A DNA stretch of 64,000 nucleotides from Caldilineaceae bacterium (GTDB taxonomy: Bacteria; Chloroflexota; Anaerolineae; Caldilineales; Caldilineaceae). The position numbers were made by a program, and so were the translations under genes. The notes under the pieces were generated by a model. That model saw only the letters and a program-made list of their open reading frames with translations. It did not search any database and had not been told where the DNA came from. Positions 17,364-25,972 of the stretch are shown here, piece after piece (within the stretch, counting starts at the first letter, position 1; every line of letters starts with the position of its first letter). The DNA is taken from assembly GCA_018003515.1 (NCBI GenBank), contig JAGNDO010000020.1, positions 6,742 through 70,741 on the forward strand, given 5' to 3'.

Positions 17364-18758
17364 ATGGCCAACTACATCCTGTTTTCTCGACATGTCGATT
17401 CAAACGATGGATCAAGCTCACGGACAGCACCCAGCTTTGAATTTATCCTATCCGCCGAACTGAGAAATGGGGCAGATCTCCGAATCGACGACAGACTCCT
17501 TCTGCTCTCAAAACAACATGGAACTACCCAGATTTTACCCCAGACCTTACACGTCCAATTGATTCAAGGAACCACTATCACGACTCAGTCTTTGGCTCGG
17601 TATCGAAACCCTGTCGTGGTTGATGAAGCTCGTACAATTTTGCAGCGTGGTCTTGTCCCCGGATTGAACGCTGTTACCGAAGATGAATTTCAGGCAATCA
17701 TTGATCGGATGGGAGGCGTTCGTTTGAGCGAAATTGAGATGTTGTCTCATATCAAACGTTACATCGCCGCTCGTGGATACTACTTCGATGATGAAACCCT
17801 ATACAACTACCATATCTGCCTAAAGACCCGGCCCTTCGTAATTCTGGCCGGACTGTCGGGGACGGGAAAATCCAAGCTCTCACAACTCTACGCAGAGGCA
17901 ATTGGTCACACAGTCAGTGAAGGACGTTATCTTCGATTAGCCGTCCGTCCAAGCTGGAATGACGATCGCTACTTACTGGGTTATTTCAATACTATCTCAA
18001 ATGACTACGTGACAGAACCTGCTCTGGATTTCATTCTAGATGCTGAAGCAGATCGGCGAAATCTCTACTTCTTCTGCCTGGACGAGATGAACTTGGCCCA
18101 TGTCGAGTATTATTTCTCTCAGTTTCTTAGCGCTATGGAGGAAGAAAATCCAGCAGATCGACGAATTATCCTTTATGGACGTTCGTTGGAAAAGCGCTTG
18201 GCCAACCAGAGTTCCCGACCGGGGATTGATCGGACCGTTTTCTTGCCCACTAACCTACTCTTCACGGGGACAATAAACGTGGACGAGACTACCCAACCGA
18301 TCAGCGACAAGGTAATAGACCGCGCCAATACCATTGAATTTTTTCAAGTCGCATTGGATAGAATTCCCGATAAACAGCCACCTCCGGAACCTTTGGATAT
18401 ATCGGCAGATCTCTGGCATAGCTATACCAACCCGAAGCCAGACACTTCCTATCGAGAGCATGTGATTCAAATCAGCCAGATTCTGAACGATGGACAATTG
18501 GGCTTGGGCTACCGGGTCGTGCGAGAAATTGAGCGCTATCTAGCTAACAGTCATGGATTACTTGAACCAGACGTCGCCTTTGATCTCCAAGTGAAGCAGC
18601 GGGTGCTGCCCCGAATTCGTGGGGCAATGCCGATTCGGGATATGCTGCGACGACTCCAGGCATATGTAGAGCAAAATGGCTGGAGCCGCTCTGGAGAACG
18701 CCTCAAAGAAATGGAAAGCAGGTTGAAACGGGATGGCTACACCAGCTTCTGGCGTTAA
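17364..18758 (+). CDS. McrB-like AAA+ GTPase (type IV restriction B-subunit family) with unassigned ~135-aa N-terminal domain
   Basis: Walker A is FVILAGLSGTGKSKL (17850-17873) and Walker B is FFCLDEMNLA. The LAVRPSWNDDRYLLGYF segment and TGTINVDETTQPISDKVIDRANTIEF correspond to the McrB QFHPSYSYEDF and GTMNTADRS regions. Confidence 0.8.
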   Translation: MANYILFSRHVDSNDGSSSRTAPSFEFILSAELRNGADLRIDDRLLLLSKQHGTTQILPQTLHVQLIQGTTITTQSLARYRNPVVVDEARTILQRGLVPGLNAVTEDEFQAIIDRMGGVRLSEIEMLSHIKRYIAARGYYFDDETLYNYHICLKTRPFVILAGLSGTGKSKLSQLYAEAIGHTVSEGRYLRLAVRPSWNDDRYLLGYFNTISNDYVTEPALDFILDAEADRRNLYFFCLDEMNLAHVEYYFSQFLSAMEEENPADRRIILYGRSLEKRLANQSSRPGIDRTVFLPTNLLFTGTINVDETTQPISDKVIDRANTIEFFQVALDRIPDKQPPPEPLDISADLWHSYTNPKPDTSYREHVIQISQILNDGQLGLGYRVVREIERYLANSHGLLEPDVAFDLQVKQRVLPRIRGAMPIRDMLRRLQAYVEQNGWSRSGERLKEMESRLKRDGYTSFWR

Positions 18759-20427
18759 TAGTTGGCTCTTGCTGAACGATCAACCGGTCTCCTTTCACCT
18801 GGGGGATCATAATCTAGACGCAAAAACTCAGGAGTACGCTGCCAACCACTTCCGAGTGACACCGGGCGCGCCTGAACGGATTGAACTTTGGATTGATGGG
18901 AAATTGCTAGAGACAGAGATCTATGGACGTTGGCTTTGGTGGCCAAAAGGATTTGCGGGTCTTTATCAACTCCAGATACGGCGGGGAACGAAACTATTGG
19001 GTGTGGCACAGATTCGTGTCTATCCTAGTAAACTCTCGTACGAACGATATCAGGTCATGCTCACTGATATAAGTAAGGTTGCCACGGATCTGCTTTTTCA
19101 GATCAACGCACCAGCTAGTGAACAGTTAAGCGTAAAATACAAAGGTGACAAGCCTGCCGCCATCCGGGAATACGAACAGATCAAGCGAATCATCTTTGAA
19201 ATGAGCCGTATCTTTCCACAAATTCGCCGGCAGCCTCACAAGCAGTTGTCAACTCTAGCCGAAGAGCGACTAATCCATGAGATACCCTACTTCACGCCAG
19301 ATATTGAACCCATCTCAGGCAATTATGTGACAATCAATAGGCATCAGGACCCAGATAGTCTGGAACCGATATGGGTGCCCGAACGATGGCAGGTCAATCG
19401 AGCGGTGCCGACCTACGATGTCTACGAAAACCAATTGCTCAAGTATTTTCTTTGGCGACAGTTGATTCCACGTATTACACACATTCAAGATCGAGCCAAA
19501 CAAGAAATTCGTCGTCGTCAACAAGATCTGGCTATCAAGATCGCCCGAGATTGGGAGGATGACGAAACGCCGTTAATTGCACATCTAACCGAAGTCGTTC
19601 GGACATGTGAGAAGCTACAGCGCGTTTGCACCCGTTGGGGCAGCGAGCCGTTTCTGACTGAGGTCAAACCTTTGGGCACAGGCGGGAAGCCGACACAGGT
19701 ACTCCAGAAACACCCCTATTACAATCAGTTCTACCGGCTCTACTTGCGCTTTCAGCAACATCTGCGCTTCAGCTTTGATCCAGATCCCTATCTTCACCGT
19801 TTGGCTCTACGTAAATTATCAACCCTTTATGAGATCTGGAGCGTTTTTCAAGTGACCCACATCCTGCTTGGCTGGTTGAACCAAGCAGGTTATCAGATAA
19901 TTTCCACAAATCGCTTTTATACCCTGGTGGATGATCAGTTCCATCTGGATCTGGATCGAAATGGGAGCATTGTCCTGCAGAAAGGACCGACCGAGATACG
20001 ATTACGCTATGAGCCAGCCTATCCTTCGGATCGGGAAGTAGCCTCTGGCCTTGTCTCAGTTCGCTCCCGCTATCCACTGACACCGGATTTGAGCGTAGAG
20101 GTATGGTCCAATCGTGAGGCCAAACGCCTCATTATTTTTGATGCCAAGTATAGAACCCAAGAGGAACATGGACGCAGTTACTTCTTACAAAAGGATCTGG
20201 AGAAGATCGCCTTTTATCGAGAGGCGGTGCGCTGGAAGAGCGGCGTAGCGCGTCAGCGCCCCAAGTCTATTGTTGCCAGTGCCTACATTCTATATCCAGG
20301 AGATGTTTTGGAGCATGATCCTCATTACCCAGAAGTTGGCGCCTTGCCATTGGTACCAAAGTTAAAAAACGCCAAGTCAACCCTGCGTGCGCTATTGGAC
20401 ATCATGCGCAACGCCCAAATTTTGTAG
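18733..20427 (+). CDS. DUF2357/McrC-like PD-(D/E)xK nuclease subunit
   Basis: The C-terminal nuclease motif is PDLSVEV...LIIFDAKYR (20131-20154). It overlaps the McrB-like gene by 26 nt if ATG 18733 is the start. Confidence 0.7.
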   Translation: MATPASGVNSWLLLNDQPVSFHLGDHNLDAKTQEYAANHFRVTPGAPERIELWIDGKLLETEIYGRWLWWPKGFAGLYQLQIRRGTKLLGVAQIRVYPSKLSYERYQVMLTDISKVATDLLFQINAPASEQLSVKYKGDKPAAIREYEQIKRIIFEMSRIFPQIRRQPHKQLSTLAEERLIHEIPYFTPDIEPISGNYVTINRHQDPDSLEPIWVPERWQVNRAVPTYDVYENQLLKYFLWRQLIPRITHIQDRAKQEIRRRQQDLAIKIARDWEDDETPLIAHLTEVVRTCEKLQRVCTRWGSEPFLTEVKPLGTGGKPTQVLQKHPYYNQFYRLYLRFQQHLRFSFDPDPYLHRLALRKLSTLYEIWSVFQVTHILLGWLNQAGYQIISTNRFYTLVDDQFHLDLDRNGSIVLQKGPTEIRLRYEPAYPSDREVASGLVSVRSRYPLTPDLSVEVWSNREAKRLIIFDAKYRTQEEHGRSYFLQKDLEKIAFYREAVRWKSGVARQRPKSIVASAYILYPGDVLEHDPHYPEVGALPLVPKLKNAKSTLRALLDIMRNAQIL

Positions 20428-20446
20428 ATCATCTAGAGAGTTTATT

Positions 20447-21379
20447 ATGCCGTCAGTCGCTGAACCAACTTTTCTATTCCGTAACGAAATATCACCGTCA
20501 TACATCGAACCTCTTTTCTTGCAGATGAAACCAGACATCTGGTTGGACACCCATGACATGAAAAGGATGCTCCATGACAGCGGCCTGGACATCGGGGGAA
20601 AGGACATAGTTACCAACAGCAAACTTGTCTGGTCACTCCTAAGAATTGTTGACTCTAGATTGGAACAACAAGGACGGAGCACTGTTAGATTTGTCCGATT
20701 AGCACCTTTGGGCGAGTATCTTCACGATACCCACAGCACCAATCCAGATCTCTTCTATGATCTCTTTCACTACCTCTTCTACTCAGCTTGGCGACGTACC
20801 CAACAGGATAGGTTCACTCGCTTTTGGCTATATGCGGCCTGTTGTGATTTGGCTTGGCAGCAGGCTCCCACCGAACTAGCCACATCCAAACTAACTCGCC
20901 AGTTGCAGAGAGAATGTGACGCCGCTTTTCCTAAATCCCACCCTTCCTTTTCAGGCCGATCTGTTGGCGGCATTCTTCCATGGCTTCAGGTGCTTTCCCC
21001 TCCATTTCTTCGACAAAGTGAGAAACGCAATCTGTTGGTCTCAGAGCGCCGCCGGCATTGTACCCCTCAACTTTTTCATTTAGCTTTGGATTTAGTTTAT
21101 GCTGCCGAAGGCCTCCAGTATGGCACGGCTATGGCTATCGGTCCACAGAATCAAGAAGCCATTTGCAAAGTTTGTCTGCTCGATCCAGACCGATTTTGGG
21201 CCATGGCCGAATTGACCGAAATGACTATTCGCGGTGTGGAACTCCAGCGCGGCCAATGGGGAAGTAGTCTCGTACTCAAGAGCAAACCCAAATGGATCGA
21301 CCTGCCCGACTATATGGAGAGCGATGCAGATAACGACACGGCAGATGATGAGTCAGACGAAGATGAGGAGGACGTCTGA
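20447..21379 (+). CDS. Hypothetical protein with poly-acidic C-terminal tail (DSDADNDTADDESDEDEEDV)
   Basis: 310 aa from ATG 20447. No motif recognised. The stop overlaps the next start (TGATG). Confidence 0.6.
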   Translation: MPSVAEPTFLFRNEISPSYIEPLFLQMKPDIWLDTHDMKRMLHDSGLDIGGKDIVTNSKLVWSLLRIVDSRLEQQGRSTVRFVRLAPLGEYLHDTHSTNPDLFYDLFHYLFYSAWRRTQQDRFTRFWLYAACCDLAWQQAPTELATSKLTRQLQRECDAAFPKSHPSFSGRSVGGILPWLQVLSPPFLRQSEKRNLLVSERRRHCTPQLFHLALDLVYAAEGLQYGTAMAIGPQNQEAICKVCLLDPDRFWAMAELTEMTIRGVELQRGQWGSSLVLKSKPKWIDLPDYMESDADNDTADDESDEDEEDV

Positions 21380-21867
21380 TGGATCAGCATACTTTAGAGG
21401 CACGTATCCGAGATCGGATTGAAGACGATTGGCTGACGCCCTCTCAGCTTCAGGCCTGGCAATTCTTGCAGCGCTTTGACGGCACACCCAATCGGGTTGT
21501 CAATATCTATGGTACAGAAGGCAGCGGCAAAAGTTTTCTAGCTTGGTTTCTTGAGCGCAAGGGCCACGCCATCCATAGTGACTGGGATCGACGTACCCCA
21601 CCTACTCTTCCTCGAATGGTCCTGGACAATGCACCCACGGATCGCTCATCGGCCCGGTCTATCCGCCCCCTAGTGGACGCGCTGGGACTGCAACAGATCA
21701 TTCTAATAAGTCGCCGGCGTGTTGATGAGGCAGCCATGCCAGCCTTCGAACTAGAGGTTACGAACGATGATATTGAACACTTTGCGGCCAACCTCTACCG
21801 CCATTTTGGAATTGTGATGCCAGAAATAATCTACCCCAACTTCAAACTCATTCTGTCCGAGTTATAG
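21379..21867 (+). CDS. Mini P-loop NTPase (162 aa)
   Basis: Walker A is NIYGTEGSGKSF (21511-21534), with a Walker-B-like RMVLDNA. No lid or other domain is present. Confidence 0.6.
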   Translation: MDQHTLEARIRDRIEDDWLTPSQLQAWQFLQRFDGTPNRVVNIYGTEGSGKSFLAWFLERKGHAIHSDWDRRTPPTLPRMVLDNAPTDRSSARSIRPLVDALGLQQIILISRRRVDEAAMPAFELEVTNDDIEHFAANLYRHFGIVMPEIIYPNFKLILSEL

Positions 21868-21879
21868 CAGGAGTTTTTC

Positions 21880-24800
21880 ATGGAACTAAAAAAGCTAAAC
21901 CCTATTTTGAAAAAAGAGTCTATCCTCAAGACTGCAAATGCTGCGGAATTGGAGATAGCGCCTAACGATGTACTCGAACGTTATCAGAGTTATGCCATGA
22001 CCCATGTACCCCTTGGGGATACCAAAGAGCAAATGGCAAAACTCGAGCGGGTTATTACCCAGAATAAACGGTGTGCCATCGGCAATATTGTGGGGCCGTA
22101 TGGCTATGGAAAGACCAGCACAGCAGTCCATCTCTGGAATGAACTGAGAAAGAAGCAAATCCTTGCAGTACCACCCTTTCAGTGGAGCGACCTGGAAGAA
22201 CTGCTTAACGCTGTCTATCACTGGACTCGCTTTGAGTTCTCGCTTGGTCCCAAACAGTTCATTCCCCAACTTGATGTCATTTTCAAGCAGTACAGCCAAC
22301 AACGATTGGAAGAGGTTTCCGATAAATTCGGCGCTGACACCATTAGGAAATTGGCTGAAGGCGGATACCTGCGGCTAAAAATTCAAGCCAGTGATATAGT
22401 TGGTTTTTACTCAGATGTGTCCAATCTTGGTATCGAGGCTGGCTTCCAAGGTTTGGCTGTTTTTACGGACGAACTTCAGGCCACCATCGCCGCATACCAA
22501 CCTTCCAGAGATCAATTTTATGCAGATCTTTTTCAAATTGTAAAAGATGTACTGGGGCTAACCGGCCAATGGGCAATCGTACTGACGATGGATGATGGCA
22601 CGGAAGGTATTATCGCCAGAGATCGGTCCGACATGTTGCAACGTATGCAGCAAAGCGCTCTCTACTTCCGGGTGAAGGATGTTTACAATCGACGGGAATA
22701 TCCGGCTGAACTCTGGGCTGCATTTGAACAACGTTTTGCCTTTGATGGCAGGGAGATCCTGCCTCAACTGACTCTCGACTCAATCGGCCAAATTGCAGCT
22801 CGGCCCGACTTAGGGGCTGGGCCGCGCATGGTGACTCATGCCTTCACCCTGGCTATTCAACACTACGATCGTCGCCAGACCGCTTACCAACCGCTCCAAC
22901 TTGTCAATGACTTTTTGGACGGACAAATGGTTTTTGACCAACGAGGTAAGTTTCGCACCGATGTCAATCGTGCCTTACAACATGCCGATGTGAACAAGTC
23001 GGAGGATCATCAGAAATTAATCAAGCTGCTGGCCGCCTATCCCATGGGTTGTGATGAGGATATCTTATCCCATTTTGGCTTACTTGACGTCTTTCGTGAA
23101 TTCCCAGCCTTGGCACGCCGGGAACTCATTGCCCAGCAATCAGGTGGATACATTCTGCGCTATCTCGCCGCAGAAGAGATCGCCCCGGAACAAATTGAGC
23201 AACGACTAACCAAAGAATTTGTCAATCGCTTTTCCCCCCAGAAAAACTATGCGGATAAAGCGGTCGAAGGCTTCATGAACCAACTGCTCTTAGGCTCGAC
23301 ATTTCCCAGTAAACAATGGAAAGTAAAGTCAGAAACTGAGGTTAATCACCGAGATATCCGCTATCGACTGGCACTGCTTGAAGGCACCTTCAGTGATGCT
23401 TACCCAGACCGCCTAGTTGCACTAACCGTTGCGGCCGTACCTCAAGGCAAACCACCAGAATGGCGAAAATTGCATCCTGATGCTGATATCGAACTGCGCT
23501 TTGAATTAACCTATCGGACACTATCGGGAGAGCCAAACGGCCTTTTGATTCGACCAGATCGGCCAGACATAGGGGTCTTTCACATTAACCTCAACGTCTT
23601 TGAGCAGGAACTCGCTGAAAAGCAGATGCCTGATTTCCTGTTCGACTACTATACAGCACCACAGATGAATTCTCTACTCGCTTTAGCATTCATAAATCAC
23701 CTAGATAGTAATCGTGGCGAGATACCTGACGATCAATACCGTATCAATGCAGTCTTGAACCCGATCCGGCAGTATGCTCTTTCAATTCTGCTGAACGATC
23801 GACTCAAGTGCTATACCGAAGATTTCGTTAGCGAATCCATTGGCACGCGAGTTATTGAAGATTTGTTCAACACCCTCTGCCAGAGGCTCTATCCGAACTA
23901 TCAGACGCTCAACACAGGTCGTAAGTGGCAGGATAATCTACAACAGTATGGTTATGCTCTTGAGACGGTCATCAACGAAGAGGGGATCTCCATCGCTCGG
24001 GGACGACGCATGTGGCAAGCTACCAAAGAGGATGTCGCTGATGCATTCCACATTCCTGGACGACGTCTTAACAATCTAGACAGTCTGCTCGACACCTTGG
24101 ACAACATGATCGAAAAGGTAGACTACTCAGGGCGCACGCCCAACAGTATGGTGAAACTCAAATTTCAGCTTCACCCCTTGGAAAAAGATTGGCTAGAGCG
24201 CATTGACGCGTCAAATGAGACGGTTCGGATGGGAAACGGGGACAAAGCCCCAGCTGTTCCCGCAGAATATCTCTTCGATTCAGCAAGAGAGCAGGGTTAT
24301 CGGCAAGAAGAAATCGGTGAAGTCTTGCGGTTGCTACAAGCCCGCAAATACATTGACCATGAGCCACGAAAGAACATGCTGGTACGCACGGTTGATAACG
24401 TAGACGATCTAAAAGAAGCGGTTGCAGCGCAGATCGAACGTATGACCGAACAAGTCAATCTTCTCACTAGTAATCTTCCTGATTTTGAGGGTGGTCGATA
24501 CCCCATGTCAACCCTTCGTACGACTCTAGAGTCATCTCAAGATCGAGATGAAGTAGAGGGGCTAAGGGTTGATGTCAGAGAAGTTGAAAGCAGACTCCGC
24601 ACATTTCTCTCTGGTCGCATAACTGATGTACGTCAGAAAGTAAAATCGTCGATTGTATTTCTATATGAGCGTGTCCGCCAAGGAATTCCAGATTGGTTGA
24701 GTGAAAGTCTGCCAGAAAGCCCTCTTACTGACATCTTGGAACGCCAACGTTCATCTTTAGCAACTATCTATCAAACTAACATTGATGAGCTAGAAACTCT

Positions 24801-25800
24801 GCGCAAGGATGTGCTGAGGGAATTTCAGTCAATCCAAAGCGGCAATCCTGCAGAGGAAATGGTTGGCCTATACCATCTTCTGCGCAAAATCACTGATGAG
24901 CGAGGGCCAATCATCCGAAAGCTGGAGGGGAGAGATGAACTAAAAAACGATCTGCATTTGTGGCGAAAGGTTCTCGAAAATTCGGCGAAGTTACAACTTC
25001 ATGCCAGCCGAACTGCCCAACAAGACCACGGCACGTCACAATTCGCCAAGCAGGCTGAAGATCTTTGGAAAAGATTACAGGAAGAGCTTGAGACTCAACC
25101 TAATGCCGTGCTGGAACTTCATAGAAAAGTATACGCTCAAATCGCTGAGCTATTTCAAAGCATGAAATCCTGGATGGATAATAGACGCGAAGATTTCCTG
25201 AAGCGATGCCGCTTATTTGAATCTCTGTTTGCTAGTGCTGAAATCACCCTATCCCTTTCCATCCCATTTGATTCTGAACGCCCCTCAGAATCATACGCTG
25301 TCTTCAAGGAAAATGTACGAGCCAAACTTTCCCAGACGTTGGATGATCTGGATGTACAGCTCAGCCGAGCCAGCCAGTCGATTCAATACGCCATCCAAGT
25401 GCAGAACCTTGATCTTCGCTCGGCTGAAAAGGGAATTCAAGCCTGCAAGCAGAAAATCCCTGAGTTAATGGAACTGCAGCGATCTATCACATTGGACGAT
25501 CTGGATAAATTTTCAACGCAAATCATTCATCCCCTCGCCGCTTTACAAAGAGAACGCCAAGCCATTAACGGTCAAGTGCAGCGTTCCTTGAGCCGGCGTG
25601 AACCAGAGGGTTCAGAGATCCAACTCATGGAAATGTTACGCACTCACGCTTCAAGTGGTCGAGTAGATCTTCGCAGCTTGATCCTGCAATTACTTAACCA
25701 GCGGCAAGAGGATGTTGTACTCAAAGACCTGATGGACACGCTTCAGTCCCTCTTTCAGAAGAATCAGATTACTATCCATATCAATCTGATGGGGGACTAG
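21880..25800 (+). CDS. Large (1306 aa) P-loop NTPase with long C-terminal helical/coiled-coil-like region
   Basis: GCAGGAG lies 7 nt upstream of the ATG. Walker A is GPYGYGKTS (22093-22116) and Walker B is LAVFTDELQ. The C-terminal ~500 aa are rich in E/L/Q/R/K heptad-like sequence. Confidence 0.7.
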   Translation: MELKKLNPILKKESILKTANAAELEIAPNDVLERYQSYAMTHVPLGDTKEQMAKLERVITQNKRCAIGNIVGPYGYGKTSTAVHLWNELRKKQILAVPPFQWSDLEELLNAVYHWTRFEFSLGPKQFIPQLDVIFKQYSQQRLEEVSDKFGADTIRKLAEGGYLRLKIQASDIVGFYSDVSNLGIEAGFQGLAVFTDELQATIAAYQPSRDQFYADLFQIVKDVLGLTGQWAIVLTMDDGTEGIIARDRSDMLQRMQQSALYFRVKDVYNRREYPAELWAAFEQRFAFDGREILPQLTLDSIGQIAARPDLGAGPRMVTHAFTLAIQHYDRRQTAYQPLQLVNDFLDGQMVFDQRGKFRTDVNRALQHADVNKSEDHQKLIKLLAAYPMGCDEDILSHFGLLDVFREFPALARRELIAQQSGGYILRYLAAEEIAPEQIEQRLTKEFVNRFSPQKNYADKAVEGFMNQLLLGSTFPSKQWKVKSETEVNHRDIRYRLALLEGTFSDAYPDRLVALTVAAVPQGKPPEWRKLHPDADIELRFELTYRTLSGEPNGLLIRPDRPDIGVFHINLNVFEQELAEKQMPDFLFDYYTAPQMNSLLALAFINHLDSNRGEIPDDQYRINAVLNPIRQYALSILLNDRLKCYTEDFVSESIGTRVIEDLFNTLCQRLYPNYQTLNTGRKWQDNLQQYGYALETVINEEGISIARGRRMWQATKEDVADAFHIPGRRLNNLDSLLDTLDNMIEKVDYSGRTPNSMVKLKFQLHPLEKDWLERIDASNETVRMGNGDKAPAVPAEYLFDSAREQGYRQEEIGEVLRLLQARKYIDHEPRKNMLVRTVDNVDDLKEAVAAQIERMTEQVNLLTSNLPDFEGGRYPMSTLRTTLESSQDRDEVEGLRVDVREVESRLRTFLSGRITDVRQKVKSSIVFLYERVRQGIPDWLSESLPESPLTDILERQRSSLATIYQTNIDELETLRKDVLREFQSIQSGNPAEEMVGLYHLLRKITDERGPIIRKLEGRDELKNDLHLWRKVLENSAKLQLHASRTAQQDHGTSQFAKQAEDLWKRLQEELETQPNAVLELHRKVYAQIAELFQSMKSWMDNRREDFLKRCRLFESLFASAEITLSLSIPFDSERPSESYAVFKENVRAKLSQTLDDLDVQLSRASQSIQYAIQVQNLDLRSAEKGIQACKQKIPELMELQRSITLDDLDKFSTQIIHPLAALQRERQAINGQVQRSLSRREPEGSEIQLMEMLRTHASSGRVDLRSLILQLLNQRQEDVVLKDLMDTLQSLFQKNQITIHINLMGD

Positions 25801-25876
25801 CCAAAGTAGCCAAGGAAATTTTTTGGTGAACGACATTGCTTGGGAGGATTACCCCAACCTCGCCGTCACCACATCA

Positions 25877-25924
25877 GGGGAAGGGGTTTTCTGCAACCCG
25901 CGGGTTGCAGAAAACCCCTTCCCC
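25877..25924. terminator. 48-nt palindrome, two perfect 22-bp arms with a central CGCG (GGGGAAGGGGTTTTCTGCAACC CGCG GGTTGCAGAAAACCCCTTCCCC)
   Basis: Read directly. It lies between the end of the five-gene block and the pbpC start. Confidence 0.6.
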
Positions 25925-25972
25925 GTCCCTCTCCAGCGGAACCAGCCGTCCCTCCTTTCCGTCTTAATTCAC

